In this document: piece by piece, positions 29,362 through 38,125 of the stretch
Numbering within the stretch: position 1 is the stretch's first letter
Layout: each line of letters begins with the position of its first letter
From: a virus
Lineage: Duplodnaviria > Caudoviricetes
Reading direction: 5' to 3' (one strand)
IMG/VR virus record: IMGVR_UViG_3300028914_000075
Span: 5,957-69,956 of that record
Length of the DNA: 64,000 nucleotides
The notes under the pieces: model-generated
Databases searched by the model: none
Seen by the model: only the letters and a program-made list of their open reading frames with translations
Told to the model about the DNA's origin: nothing
Translations under genes and position numbers: made by a program

Positions 29362-31332
29362 ATGGGAAAGATTAGCCGACGTGACATACTTGCTGCTGTC
29401 AAGGAACTGGGCAAGCACAGGCTCCCAAGGGTGGAGTCGGCACCCGTATCCGTACAGGCGTTGGTTTCGGTAAAGTCCCAGCACCATACGGAAAACAGGG
29501 TGGCGGTTCTGCAAGCAATAAGCGAACAGCGTAGGTCTATACTTCGCGGTAGTATAAAGTCCTCCCGTTATATATGGACCCCCGAAGATTCAGAACTATT
29601 CAAACGACTGATATCCTTGCAGGATATAGAATGTTCCTATACGGGTGATAGGTGGGGTGAACTTTTCGTACATTGGCTTTACGTTGAGCGGTCGGAACCT
29701 AGATTGACTGCTTGTGAAATATTCCATCTCAACATGTTCCGTTATTTTTCTGTTCCCTGCAAGATGTCTGTAATCCATATTCGGTTGGCTTGCAGGAGTG
29801 ATACTGTTCCTGCACCCGTGTCTGAATTTGTATCCATCATGGAATCTTACGGATGTTCCGTGGATTTGAAGATTGTACCGTGTAAGGATAACTGGGAACA
29901 TGATACGATAATGGAAGCGGTTGAATATGCCGTGTCCACGGGAAAGTTTATATACTATACGCATTTTAAGGGAGTTTCCCGATTAAAGGACAGTTGTACC
30001 CGTTATAGCGGTCGTGAAACCGTGCATCCGTTGAACGTGCTGTATTGGTGTTACATAATGTACAGGGGATTGTTCTCGGAGTTTACGGGACATGCTGCAA
30101 TAGGTCCTATAGCCTGTAACCGTATCAACAAGGAATACCTGTTGCGGGACTTGTCATGGAGTACAAATCCCACTTATCAGTATATAGGTAGTTTCCAAGG
30201 GTTTGACGGGGTTGCGCTTGCCCGTGCTTTCGAACGTCTTGGTCTGAACAGGTCTTCCCGTGACTTGATGCTATGGTGGGGAGGTCGCTATACCGTGGAA
30301 ATGTTCCTGTGCCTTGTGTTCCTTGAAAACGAGGTCTATTCCATCGCACAGATGGAAACCGAGAGCACTGCATATGGGATGTACGTAAAGGGATTCTGTC
30401 CTAGGTTCCGTCATGAATTTACAGGTTTGTTTAGTGATAGGTCTAATCCTATTGCGGATTCCCGTAATAATTCTGTGGCCGTGTGTGCCATTGCACGTAA
30501 TGAGGACGCCTATATAGTGGAATGGGTAGAATATTACAGGAAACTGGGCGTTTCCCATATATATATCTACGACAATAATACCTGTGAGACGGCCACCATG
30601 TCTTCATTGAACAAGTTGCCGTATGTTACGGTTATTCCCGTATATGGGGAAGAAGGCCTACGGGACATAGGCTACCAGGTAGGGGCATACACGCAAGCAT
30701 ATCGTGAATTTGGAGACTTGTATGGTTGGATGGGATTCTTCGACATAGATGAATTTGTAGTCCTGGACAAAAGGGATATAGTAGAATTTTTGGGGAATCC
30801 GTATTACGAAGGTACGCATGTAGTACGGTTGCATTGGCGCTATTACGGTGATAACGGTTGCACTAGGTACAGTCCAAGACCTGTAATGGAAAGGTTTAAA
30901 GAACCTGCTCCTGTCGATGTGAAATATTCCAATCCTAGGGTGGATGAAAATAGCTACGTTAAAAGTTTTGTTCGTACAGGATATGCAGAGATGCAGATGG
31001 ACGTGCATTCGCCTAGATTTTTTGGGTCTGTTTGTCGTAATTCTAAGGGATTCTTCGGGTTGCCTACAAAGACTACGGAACCTGTCATATTAGATAACGC
31101 AAGGGTCAATCATTACGGTACGAAGAGTATCGAGGAATATATATGGCGCAGGATGCCCGGTAAGGATAAAAACGTGTCTCCCAACGGTGCTTGCAATGGC
31201 AGGAACGCGATAACCGCCAAGGACCGTCTTGATTGGTTCTTCAACGTAAACGATGTCACTACAGAAAAACTAGAGATTATCGGGAAGATGCTGCCAGGTT
31301 TAATGTATGTACCCTTGAAAAAGAATGTATAA
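29362..31332 (+). CDS. two-domain glycosyltransferase
   Basis: N-domain with FIYYTHFKGVS phage-GT motif; C-domain GT92/GT2-like VAVCAIARNEDAYIVEWVEYY...IYIYDN...FFDIDEF...NHYGTKS.EEY. Confidence 0.8.
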   Translation: MGKISRRDILAAVKELGKHRLPRVESAPVSVQALVSVKSQHHTENRVAVLQAISEQRRSILRGSIKSSRYIWTPEDSELFKRLISLQDIECSYTGDRWGELFVHWLYVERSEPRLTACEIFHLNMFRYFSVPCKMSVIHIRLACRSDTVPAPVSEFVSIMESYGCSVDLKIVPCKDNWEHDTIMEAVEYAVSTGKFIYYTHFKGVSRLKDSCTRYSGRETVHPLNVLYWCYIMYRGLFSEFTGHAAIGPIACNRINKEYLLRDLSWSTNPTYQYIGSFQGFDGVALARAFERLGLNRSSRDLMLWWGGRYTVEMFLCLVFLENEVYSIAQMETESTAYGMYVKGFCPRFRHEFTGLFSDRSNPIADSRNNSVAVCAIARNEDAYIVEWVEYYRKLGVSHIYIYDNNTCETATMSSLNKLPYVTVIPVYGEEGLRDIGYQVGAYTQAYREFGDLYGWMGFFDIDEFVVLDKRDIVEFLGNPYYEGTHVVRLHWRYYGDNGCTRYSPRPVMERFKEPAPVDVKYSNPRVDENSYVKSFVRTGYAEMQMDVHSPRFFGSVCRNSKGFFGLPTKTTEPVILDNARVNHYGTKSIEEYIWRRMPGKDKNVSPNGACNGRNAITAKDRLDWFFNVNDVTTEKLEIIGKMLPGLMYVPLKKNV

Positions 31333-31349
31333 TTATTTAATAAAACCTA

Positions 31350-31378
31350 TTGACAGCTACTAGGTAATTAGTTATATT
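31350..31378 (+). promoter_or_regulatory. phage promoter
   Basis: TTGACAgctactaggtaattagtTATATT (17-nt spacer). Confidence 0.8.
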
Positions 31379-31424
31379 TACAGGGTGGACAGATAAACAA
31401 CCATTTCAAACCGAGGATAGCCCC

Positions 31425-31574
31425 ATGAAGAAGTTCAAGGTAGAATACATTGACGAATTTGGCGGTCGCCATTCTGCAATCGTGGAATGCAGTGATATCG
31501 ACGAAGTTTGCTGCGAAGCACTTGATACCGTTGACGGTATCTACGACATTGAGAATATTATTGAAATTGGCTAA
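31425..31574 (+). CDS. 49-aa acidic protein (missed by ORF track)
   Basis: MKKFKVEYIDEFGGRHSAIVECSDIDEVCCEALDTVDGIYDIENIIEIG; GAGG RBS and its own promoter. Confidence 0.7.
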   Translation: MKKFKVEYIDEFGGRHSAIVECSDIDEVCCEALDTVDGIYDIENIIEIG

Positions 31575-31598
31575 TTCTGTAAACTTACGGTTTATGTT

Positions 31599-32087
31599 AT
31601 GGCTCAACTAAAAATACGTTTGCACGGAACTCCTATGGAAAATGCGTTCATGGAGATGATGGCAGAGAATCTGGACGATACCGACTTGCATCCGAAGGTC
31701 GGAATCTTTTGGTATTCCCCGGCCTATAAGTGTTTTGGCGTGGACTACTCCTACTATGATGAAGCCCCGTTCATGCCCAACAGTTTCTTCCAGCAGAGAG
31801 CTAATATGAGCCGCAGGGTTCACCAAAACTATTGGCCCATATTGAAGCGCAGAGGAAAGTTGCCCCGTGAGTATGCGATGATTTCTGACTACACATTAGT
31901 TCCCCGTGGCAGAGTGTTCGGGTTGGAAGACGGGACTTTTCGTGTTATGCACGGCAAGTGGCTAGACCAGTACCCCGAAGCCAAGCAGGATATTTTGGAT
32001 GAATTTGAACTTCCACCCGAAAAGACCCTGTTTGTGTATTCCGACCATTGGGACATCGGGCACGGATGGAATGAAGAACTTGCCTAG
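31599..32087 (+). CDS. conserved mobile-element protein with LKIR-type leader
   Basis: PKVGIFWY...VPRGRVF...G.W...I..EF.LP...DHWDIGHGW domain preceded by MAQLKIRLH...E. Confidence 0.65.
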   Translation: MAQLKIRLHGTPMENAFMEMMAENLDDTDLHPKVGIFWYSPAYKCFGVDYSYYDEAPFMPNSFFQQRANMSRRVHQNYWPILKRRGKLPREYAMISDYTLVPRGRVFGLEDGTFRVMHGKWLDQYPEAKQDILDEFELPPEKTLFVYSDHWDIGHGWNEELA

Positions 32088-32110
32088 AGAAAATAATATA
32101 TATTTAGGTC

Positions 32111-32644
32111 ATGAATTTCGACCTAGGTACAAATGCTCTCCGTAGGGCTTTAAGTCCCCGGACTTACACGTTACGGTGTAAGGTTCTTGAAATCGGCTCT
32201 TTTTGCAAGGTGCAGTGCACGATGAACGCACAGGAAGAGACACACCTTAATTTTTGGGCCAAGCCCCTGCTCCCACAGTCATTCTCGTATGAAGTCGATG
32301 ACGAGGTTATAGTGGAAGTACGGTCTCTCTGCGAAGCATATATCCTAGGTCTAGCCAAGGAACTTTTCGATACGAACACGGAAGAGGAATACTGCGTCCG
32401 TCTGGGTAAGACCATCCTCAAGGGTAGGAAGGACGGCACACAGTTCGAGTTTACGGGTGGCGATGATGGATTCCGTGTGGAGCATTCCCCTGCGGGTACT
32501 ACCGTAGAGACCAAGGGCATACTTTCTTTGACTGGAGACAGAGTTAACCTTGGCGACGGCATGAGCCTAGGCTTGAACTGCAACACTGTATGTCCGTTGC
32601 AGGGGCAGCACTTGACACCTACACAGTTCAAGACTTATCTCTAG
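32111..32644 (+). CDS. baseplate central spike (gp5/gpV-like, no lysozyme)
   Basis: N-terminal OB-like region, beta-repeat middle, C-terminal CPLQGQH metal-tip motif. Confidence 0.6.
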   Translation: MNFDLGTNALRRALSPRTYTLRCKVLEIGSFCKVQCTMNAQEETHLNFWAKPLLPQSFSYEVDDEVIVEVRSLCEAYILGLAKELFDTNTEEEYCVRLGKTILKGRKDGTQFEFTGGDDGFRVEHSPAGTTVETKGILSLTGDRVNLGDGMSLGLNCNTVCPLQGQHLTPTQFKTYL

Positions 32645-32656
32645 AGGACACCGCCC

Positions 32657-33835
32657 ATGATTCAGTCCATTGCCATACAGGCTTATTTCAACCAGATGCG
32701 AGGATTCTTTACTCGGCAGGGTTTTGACCGCTCGATGAAGGTGGTATACGGGGCAGACGCAGAAGGTCCGCAGAGGTTGCTTGACCAGGACATAGCGAAC
32801 AAGGAAATGCCCCGCAAGTCTATGACGGACAGGGAAACCGTCCGCTCCAACCCATATACTTATCTGTTCTGGACTAGGGATTCGCTGAAGAACCTTGTAC
32901 GCCGACCTGTAAACTTGCAGGATGGGTTTGGACCCGACGGTAGCGTGCGATACAAGAAGACCGTATCGGCAGAGTTCGGTATGGGTTGCGTATTGGTCTC
33001 TAACAAGATGGACTTGATTGAGGATTTTGCGGAAGCATTTGCCTCCGAATATCAGAATCTCCACAATGTCCCGGTAAATCTGAAGTTCGCATATGACGAC
33101 CGCAATTCCGTAAGTGCCGGGGGTTTCAATACCATAGGTCTGAGCTTTACCATAATACAGGACCTCGGTACGGAGGAACCTGTATCGTTCCGTGTAGGGA
33201 ACCTGTTTTCCTATTCGTGGAACGTCCGCATATTCTTGAACTTCGTAAGCGAGTTCGCGGATATCCGCCTGTCTCCATTGGAAAGGGTTATCGTGGACCT
33301 GTATAACGTGAACGGTGTTCCGTTGGCTTCCATGGACTTCAAGAGTCACTTGAATAACAACCGTGACGCCGAATCCATGAGGGAAGTGCATTTACAGCTA
33401 CAGGCCAATGGTAAGTACAGGATTTCCATCGGAAACCCGAAGGACTTGAACATACCTACGTTCATCCTTGTTGCATTGGATGAAGGGGTCTTGCAAAATC
33501 TTGTAGATGACCAGGGGGACGTATTCGTGGCTGCCGAACCCGTGGACTGGGAAAGTATCCTGTTCTATGTCCGTTCAGTGGCAGAAGACGGCAGCGTTGC
33601 CGACCTTGTAGTAGTGTATGGTGATTCCAAGGTGTCCGATTTCTATGACATTACGGTTCCGTCGGATTCTGTGGAAATCCTTGTAGGCGGTACGTTGGAC
33701 CCGTTTTCCAATGTTCCGTTCACGGTGTCTCCGGGCGAGAGTACCGACAAGGGACTGTACGAGACATACACCGCCACGAACGGGGAGACTTTCCTGGTAC
33801 CCAAGCAGGCGTTCGTGGAAGTGAAAAAAGATTGA
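32657..33835 (+). CDS. tail terminator/completion protein (gp15-like) with C-terminal extension
   Basis: FWTR...VSAEFGMGCVLVSN...IEDFAEAF pattern; position in the tail module. Confidence 0.5.
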   Translation: MIQSIAIQAYFNQMRGFFTRQGFDRSMKVVYGADAEGPQRLLDQDIANKEMPRKSMTDRETVRSNPYTYLFWTRDSLKNLVRRPVNLQDGFGPDGSVRYKKTVSAEFGMGCVLVSNKMDLIEDFAEAFASEYQNLHNVPVNLKFAYDDRNSVSAGGFNTIGLSFTIIQDLGTEEPVSFRVGNLFSYSWNVRIFLNFVSEFADIRLSPLERVIVDLYNVNGVPLASMDFKSHLNNNRDAESMREVHLQLQANGKYRISIGNPKDLNIPTFILVALDEGVLQNLVDDQGDVFVAAEPVDWESILFYVRSVAEDGSVADLVVVYGDSKVSDFYDITVPSDSVEILVGGTLDPFSNVPFTVSPGESTDKGLYETYTATNGETFLVPKQAFVEVKKD

Positions 33836-33844
33836 TTTATACTG

Positions 33845-33873
33845 TTGACAGTGCCTAGATATTTTGTTATATT
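33845..33873 (+). promoter_or_regulatory. phage promoter upstream of non-coding region
   Basis: TTGACAgtgcctagatattttgtTATATT (17-nt spacer). Confidence 0.8.
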
Positions 33874-33879
33874 TAGCAG

Positions 33880-34555
33880 GGTGGCACGTACGGAAGCTTT
33901 TGTGCGGGGCATAAGTCTGCACAACATCTTACGTCCGTATCGTAGCCTGTTAGCTCATACCTAGCAATGATTTAATCATTTCATGAGTTATATGGCTTTA
34001 AATCTTCATTTTTGGCTATTTTCGGAAGCCGAGGGACCGAAACTTTAGAGAGAGCGAGGGATAGAGCTGTCCCCCTGTACGGGAAGGCAGCTACATCTGG
34101 ACTGAACTTCGTCGGTCGCTCGGTATGTCGGCACGTAATGTGCAATCACCTACTTTGCTGTGCAAAACCTGTTCGGTCATCCTGTAACAGGGCTTCTTGG
34201 TGATTCTGTCGTTCGTTTAGGAACAATGGCGGGATTTGGAACGCTTGCAGGGCGTTCCTCGTAATTTAGAGTTGGATGGCTTGTTCTTTTGTAGTGCACG
34301 CCATGTTCAACACTGTATGCTGCCACACGTCGCACGTCGGCTCGTCCGTGGTACGGCGGTCTAACGTGCTCCATTGCACGGCTTGTTTTCCGCCAGTTCG
34401 CCCGTGATAGGCTGTCCTGTTGGTTCCTGTGGGTTGCAGGTCTTTGCAGGCATCCGCAACAAGTGCGGTTAACGCTAGGGGATGGCATCCTTTTAGAATC
34501 CGAGGTCCCTAGTATGTTCTAAGTACCACTTATTCTGTTCGCAATGTGCCTATCG
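33880..34555 (+). ncRNA. putative large, highly structured non-coding RNA
   Basis: No credible ORF; perfect promoter upstream; at least nine nested stems; 5' GGCACGT (33883-33889) pairs with 3' ATGTGCC (34544-34550). Confidence 0.7.
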
Positions 34556-34592
34556 GCCTGTTCGCTGTCAACTGTTTTCGCATATGAAATAC

Positions 34593-34641
34593 AAATGCCC
34601 GAAGAATACTTAAAACGCAATCCAGTATTTTTCGGGCATTT
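34593..34641. terminator. long bidirectional hairpin/terminator
   Basis: AAATGCCCGAAGAATACT-loop-AGTATTTTTCGGGCATTT. Confidence 0.7.
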
Positions 34642-34699
34642 AAAATTTTTATAGCTTGTGTGTGGATTGCGTTAAACGCACATGCTAATTTCAGATGTA

Positions 34700-34728
34700 A
34701 ATATATATAATGAAGTAGTTCCCGTCAA
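34700..34728 (-). promoter_or_regulatory. leftward promoter
   Basis: Minus strand TTGACG-17 nt-TATATT. Confidence 0.6.
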
Positions 34729-34750
34729 CGTATATTTTTAGTTTACACTC

Positions 34751-34779
34751 TTGCCTGTTGGTTGATATTTTGTTATATT
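34751..34779 (+). promoter_or_regulatory. promoter for the head-region operon
   Basis: TTGCCT-17 nt-TATATT. Confidence 0.65.
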
Positions 34780-34806
34780 TAGCCTTATATTACAAGGAAG
34801 GTTCGA

Positions 34807-35217
34807 ATGGCAATTAAATTGAGAGTTCCAAAGGAAATATTCAAGATGTACCAAGGCTGTACATTAGAAGAATGTTTGCGCATGTACAGGGATTCAGCCA
34901 TGACCTTGAAAAGCACCCCTCGTTGTATTCTTAGGGCATTAATTGCTAAAAAGGCTATATATGGGGATGATGCGTACAAGGGCATTCCTAATCCTAATTA
35001 TCCCATGATTCCTAAGCATGCGGACAAGGGAATATTGTCACTCTATAAGGAATTGCCATTGGACAAATGCATTCTCTTGTACAAGATGCAGCATGATAAT
35101 GTCGATTGCAAAACTAGATTTGCCGTACGTACTATTATCGGAGCCAAGCTTATTTACGGCGAAAATTATGGTAAACTTCCCGAAAACCGTATACAACCTG
35201 TGCAATTTTCGAAATAA
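34807..35217 (+). CDS. basic protein with internal tandem duplication
   Basis: CTLEECLRMY...LRALIAKKAIYGDDAY is repeated as LPLDKCILLY...VRTIIGAKLIYGENY. Confidence 0.6.
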   Translation: MAIKLRVPKEIFKMYQGCTLEECLRMYRDSAMTLKSTPRCILRALIAKKAIYGDDAYKGIPNPNYPMIPKHADKGILSLYKELPLDKCILLYKMQHDNVDCKTRFAVRTIIGAKLIYGENYGKLPENRIQPVQFSK

Positions 35218-35259
35218 TTAGTTATTTTTCCCTTGTGAATTGATACAAGGGATTTTTTT

Positions 35260-36138
35260 ATGCCTAATTGGACAATCAGCTATACTGACGTTTTTGGTAA
35301 GAAGAAGGTGGAGTCGTTCAAGTCGCATGACGAAGCGCAGGCTCGCTACGCGGACTTGCTTCCACGTACTTACGGGGACCTCGGGGACCTTGAAAAGGTT
35401 ACAGCCCCGGTGAAATCCGCTGTTAAAGCTACGGAGTCATTACGGGATGACTTGAAGGAACAGTTTGATGACTTGGAGGATGTGGCCCGTCGTCTCATGC
35501 TAAATGGCGAAGATAATGCGGCAGGCCGTTATTTTTATGTAAAGCCGGGTCCTTCAAATTCTGCGTATCTTTCGATGTACAGTATTTTTTCCAAGACAGG
35601 TTCGCATGTCATGGATATTGTCGTTGGTGAAGAGACGGTGGATATCATCAATGGTGGTGATTACACGGATGAAGGGTTTGACGCAGCTTATGACGTTGTA
35701 GAACCTGTAGTTGCAGATATGTTCCGATTGGCATATTCTGACGGGAATACAGGTATCGTTCGTAAATTCAACAACAGTGCGGATTATCATAAAGCTATGA
35801 AGGAAGATTGCGGTGGTTCTTCTGCCGCATCGCTCGGTGCAGTCCCGACCGCCGTAGTTCGTCCGTCTCACAAGCAGGAAGCTTTGCCCCCTAAGAAATG
35901 GGGGATTACCAGACGGTTCCCGTCCCGTGCTGTGCTTGTGAACAAGGCCAAGAGTCTTCGTGGTACGGAAATCACCGATTTTGACGAATACTTGAAACTG
36001 AACAATGACCTTACGCTTGACAAGATTGGTTTTGCCATGGACCGCAACGGAAATTCCGTAGCACGTCTGTGGTGGGGCGAGGGTGACGAAAAGTATTACT
36101 ATTCTACAAGCCGCGATGTCCTGGATAGGACCGTGTAA
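35260..36138 (+). CDS. multi-module putative head protein
   Basis: Modules separated by KVES, ATES, MKEDCGGSS and KQEA; directly upstream of the protease. Confidence 0.6.
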   Translation: MPNWTISYTDVFGKKKVESFKSHDEAQARYADLLPRTYGDLGDLEKVTAPVKSAVKATESLRDDLKEQFDDLEDVARRLMLNGEDNAAGRYFYVKPGPSNSAYLSMYSIFSKTGSHVMDIVVGEETVDIINGGDYTDEGFDAAYDVVEPVVADMFRLAYSDGNTGIVRKFNNSADYHKAMKEDCGGSSAASLGAVPTAVVRPSHKQEALPPKKWGITRRFPSRAVLVNKAKSLRGTEITDFDEYLKLNNDLTLDKIGFAMDRNGNSVARLWWGEGDEKYYYSTSRDVLDRTV

Positions 36139-36159
36139 TTACAAAAGGACAGAAATATC

Positions 36160-37203
36160 ATGCAAATCGCAGAAGACTATATTCCATTTAAATGTGAATT
36201 TATAGACGATATCGCCCGCGTGGACGAGTCGGCGCAGTCCGAAGTCGCAAAGAGCGGCGGTACTATCCTGGCTATCGTGAAGGGTCAGCATTTTGTACCT
36301 GGCGGCATTTCTCGTAACCATCGCAAGTATACGGAAGAATTGTGGGAAGTGGCCGGGAAGGACGAGGACGTTCAGCGTAAGCTAAAGAACGGACAGATGT
36401 TTGGTCGTATCGGCCATGAAGCCGAAATTACAGACGAAGATATTGCCGAAGGTAAGTTCTCCCACATTACCCGTAATATTGACTGGAAGACAGGCGTTGC
36501 CGAATCGGTCATCTATAATACGGATATGGGTAAGACGCTATACACTATTCTTCGTGCGGGTACGACCATGTATGTCAGTTCCCGTGCCGATGGCGATTAT
36601 GAAGGTAAGGACGAGGACGGCAACGATATCCTTGACCCGAAGACCTACAAGCTTGAACGCTTTGACTTCGTGCAGGACCCTGGGTTCCTGGACGCAAAGC
36701 CGAAGATGATTTCCGAGAGCAAGAAGAACGAAAAGATTGAAGAAACCGTGAACGAACGTGTGGCCGAAGCTTTACTTTACCTTGCTAAGGAACTTGGGGC
36801 ACCTGTCGAACTTGACGGTAGCACCTATGTTGTCGAAAGTCTTGAAAAGTCCTCCGTATCCATGACAAATTGTGACAACGATACTTCGGATACTTACAAA
36901 TTCGAGGAATTTACCGAAGTGACCGCCGACTTGAAGCAGTCCGTTGTAAAATTTGTCGAGAGCCTGCGGGAAGACTTGAAGATATCCGAGGATACCATCC
37001 ACGATTTGAAGTTCGCCAACAAGCATGGGTTGAACGAAGATTATGTGAAGGAACGCCGTCGTGCAGGGGCTACGTATGAAGCTATCGAGCATGAACAGCC
37101 TGCCGTACAGACGTTTAAGATAGTGGAAGCCAAGGCGCCTGTCCGTGAGACGGGTGGCGACAACGACGGTTCATTGATTAGCTATATTCTCGGTAATCGC
37201 TAG
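36160..37203 (+). CDS. gp21: prohead core protease (T4 gp21 / U9 family)
   Basis: SRNHRKY...W, FGRIGH, SHI, NT..GK, VSSRADG and FDFVQDPGF..A.P motifs; C-terminal extension begins SESKKNE. Confidence 0.92.
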   Translation: MQIAEDYIPFKCEFIDDIARVDESAQSEVAKSGGTILAIVKGQHFVPGGISRNHRKYTEELWEVAGKDEDVQRKLKNGQMFGRIGHEAEITDEDIAEGKFSHITRNIDWKTGVAESVIYNTDMGKTLYTILRAGTTMYVSSRADGDYEGKDEDGNDILDPKTYKLERFDFVQDPGFLDAKPKMISESKKNEKIEETVNERVAEALLYLAKELGAPVELDGSTYVVESLEKSSVSMTNCDNDTSDTYKFEEFTEVTADLKQSVVKFVESLREDLKISEDTIHDLKFANKHGLNEDYVKERRRAGATYEAIEHEQPAVQTFKIVEAKAPVRETGGDNDGSLISYILGNR

Positions 37204-37215
37204 GAGGGCTTGATT

Positions 37216-37479
37216 ATGTCAAAGATGAAAATTAAGGTACACGAATCTGAAGAAACCCTGTTGGACAGTTTTGAAATGTTAGCTAATACCAGCAGTGTGG
37301 TTAGCAGCAGTCTGTCTGAACATGGGAATTATTCGTTGTGGTCCGTTGTTCGTGATATTCAAAATGGCTCCGAGCCGTTGGACACTCCTGCTGAGGTTAA
37401 GGCACAAATATTGAAAAAGAAAGCAAATATTGAAGCAGCGTTTGAAAATTTCATTACGAAGCTGGACGCTTATTTGTAA
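37216..37479 (+). CDS. putative internal head (cargo) protein
   Basis: Leader MSKMKIKVHES; GGAGGG RBS. Confidence 0.65.
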   Translation: MSKMKIKVHESEETLLDSFEMLANTSSVVSSSLSEHGNYSLWSVVRDIQNGSEPLDTPAEVKAQILKKKANIEAAFENFITKLDAYL

Positions 37480-37494
37480 TTTTGGGGGCAGGTT

Positions 37495-38115
37495 ATGGCA
37501 TTACGTATTAACCTACACGAAAGCAAGAAGACAGAAACACAGGGTCTTGTGTTCCTGCCAGACAGTTTGAAGTCTGACATTGAATACGAACTTCCGTCGC
37601 TTTACAGGGCTAACGGACTCGCCGTTTTCAAGGGTAAGGAAGAAGTCGAACCCGATGCAGCATGGGACGTAGAAGATATGTCCTGGGACGTTGACGAAGC
37701 CACCGTGGAAGGCAACTACCTTATGGTCGCTTTTAAGGACAATCCCGGTGCCGAAAAGGTAAAGTCTGTTATGGCTGACGAATACAAGAAGGCTGTGCTG
37801 CCCGAAGCCCTTGAACTTGTCGGCTACCTTGACGTGGGTGCCCTGCGTGACGCTTTCGGTGGGCAGGTCGTTGACGCTACGAAGGGCAAGGATTATGAAC
37901 TTGGCTACTACCTTGGCGACATTAACGATATGGGCGACGTTCCCGGTGGAATTGATAATGCCTACACTGAAAACGGTGAAGTTAGCTGTATGGTAGGAGC
38001 GTTTGGATTTACAGTGGCCGAGGCGGCTAATGGCAGCGAAATCAAGGAAACGCAATCTGTGGACGAAGCCTTGAAATTGGTCGAAGAACTGTATACCAAA
38101 TATAATTTTAGATAG
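37495..38115 (+). CDS. putative internal head (cargo) protein, acidic
   Basis: Leader MALRINLHESKKTE. Confidence 0.7.
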   Translation: MALRINLHESKKTETQGLVFLPDSLKSDIEYELPSLYRANGLAVFKGKEEVEPDAAWDVEDMSWDVDEATVEGNYLMVAFKDNPGAEKVKSVMADEYKKAVLPEALELVGYLDVGALRDAFGGQVVDATKGKDYELGYYLGDINDMGDVPGGIDNAYTENGEVSCMVGAFGFTVAEAANGSEIKETQSVDEALKLVEELYTKYNFR

Positions 38116-38125
38116 AGGTAGGAAT

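Noticed and set aside
31368-31607. Minus-strand 79-aa ORF in the track
   Set aside because: It overlaps a promoter and is the shadow of the + strand 49-aa gene (31425-31574), which has a promoter and RBS.
34012-34488. Short ORFs 34012-34203 (+) and 34177-34488 (-) as real genes
   Set aside because: No RBS, TTG or weak starts, atypical composition; better explained as by-products of the structured RNA.
33880-34555. tmRNA, RNase P RNA, tRNA cluster or self-splicing intron
   Set aside because: No tRNA-like acceptor/T-arm ends, no RNase P GAAAGTC core, no interrupted host gene or intron-encoded ORF by eye. A covariance search is still needed to exclude them formally.
34795-34812. tRNA T-arm-like GGTTCGAAT
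   Set aside because: It is the RBS/start region of the 34807 gene; no cloverleaf forms around it.
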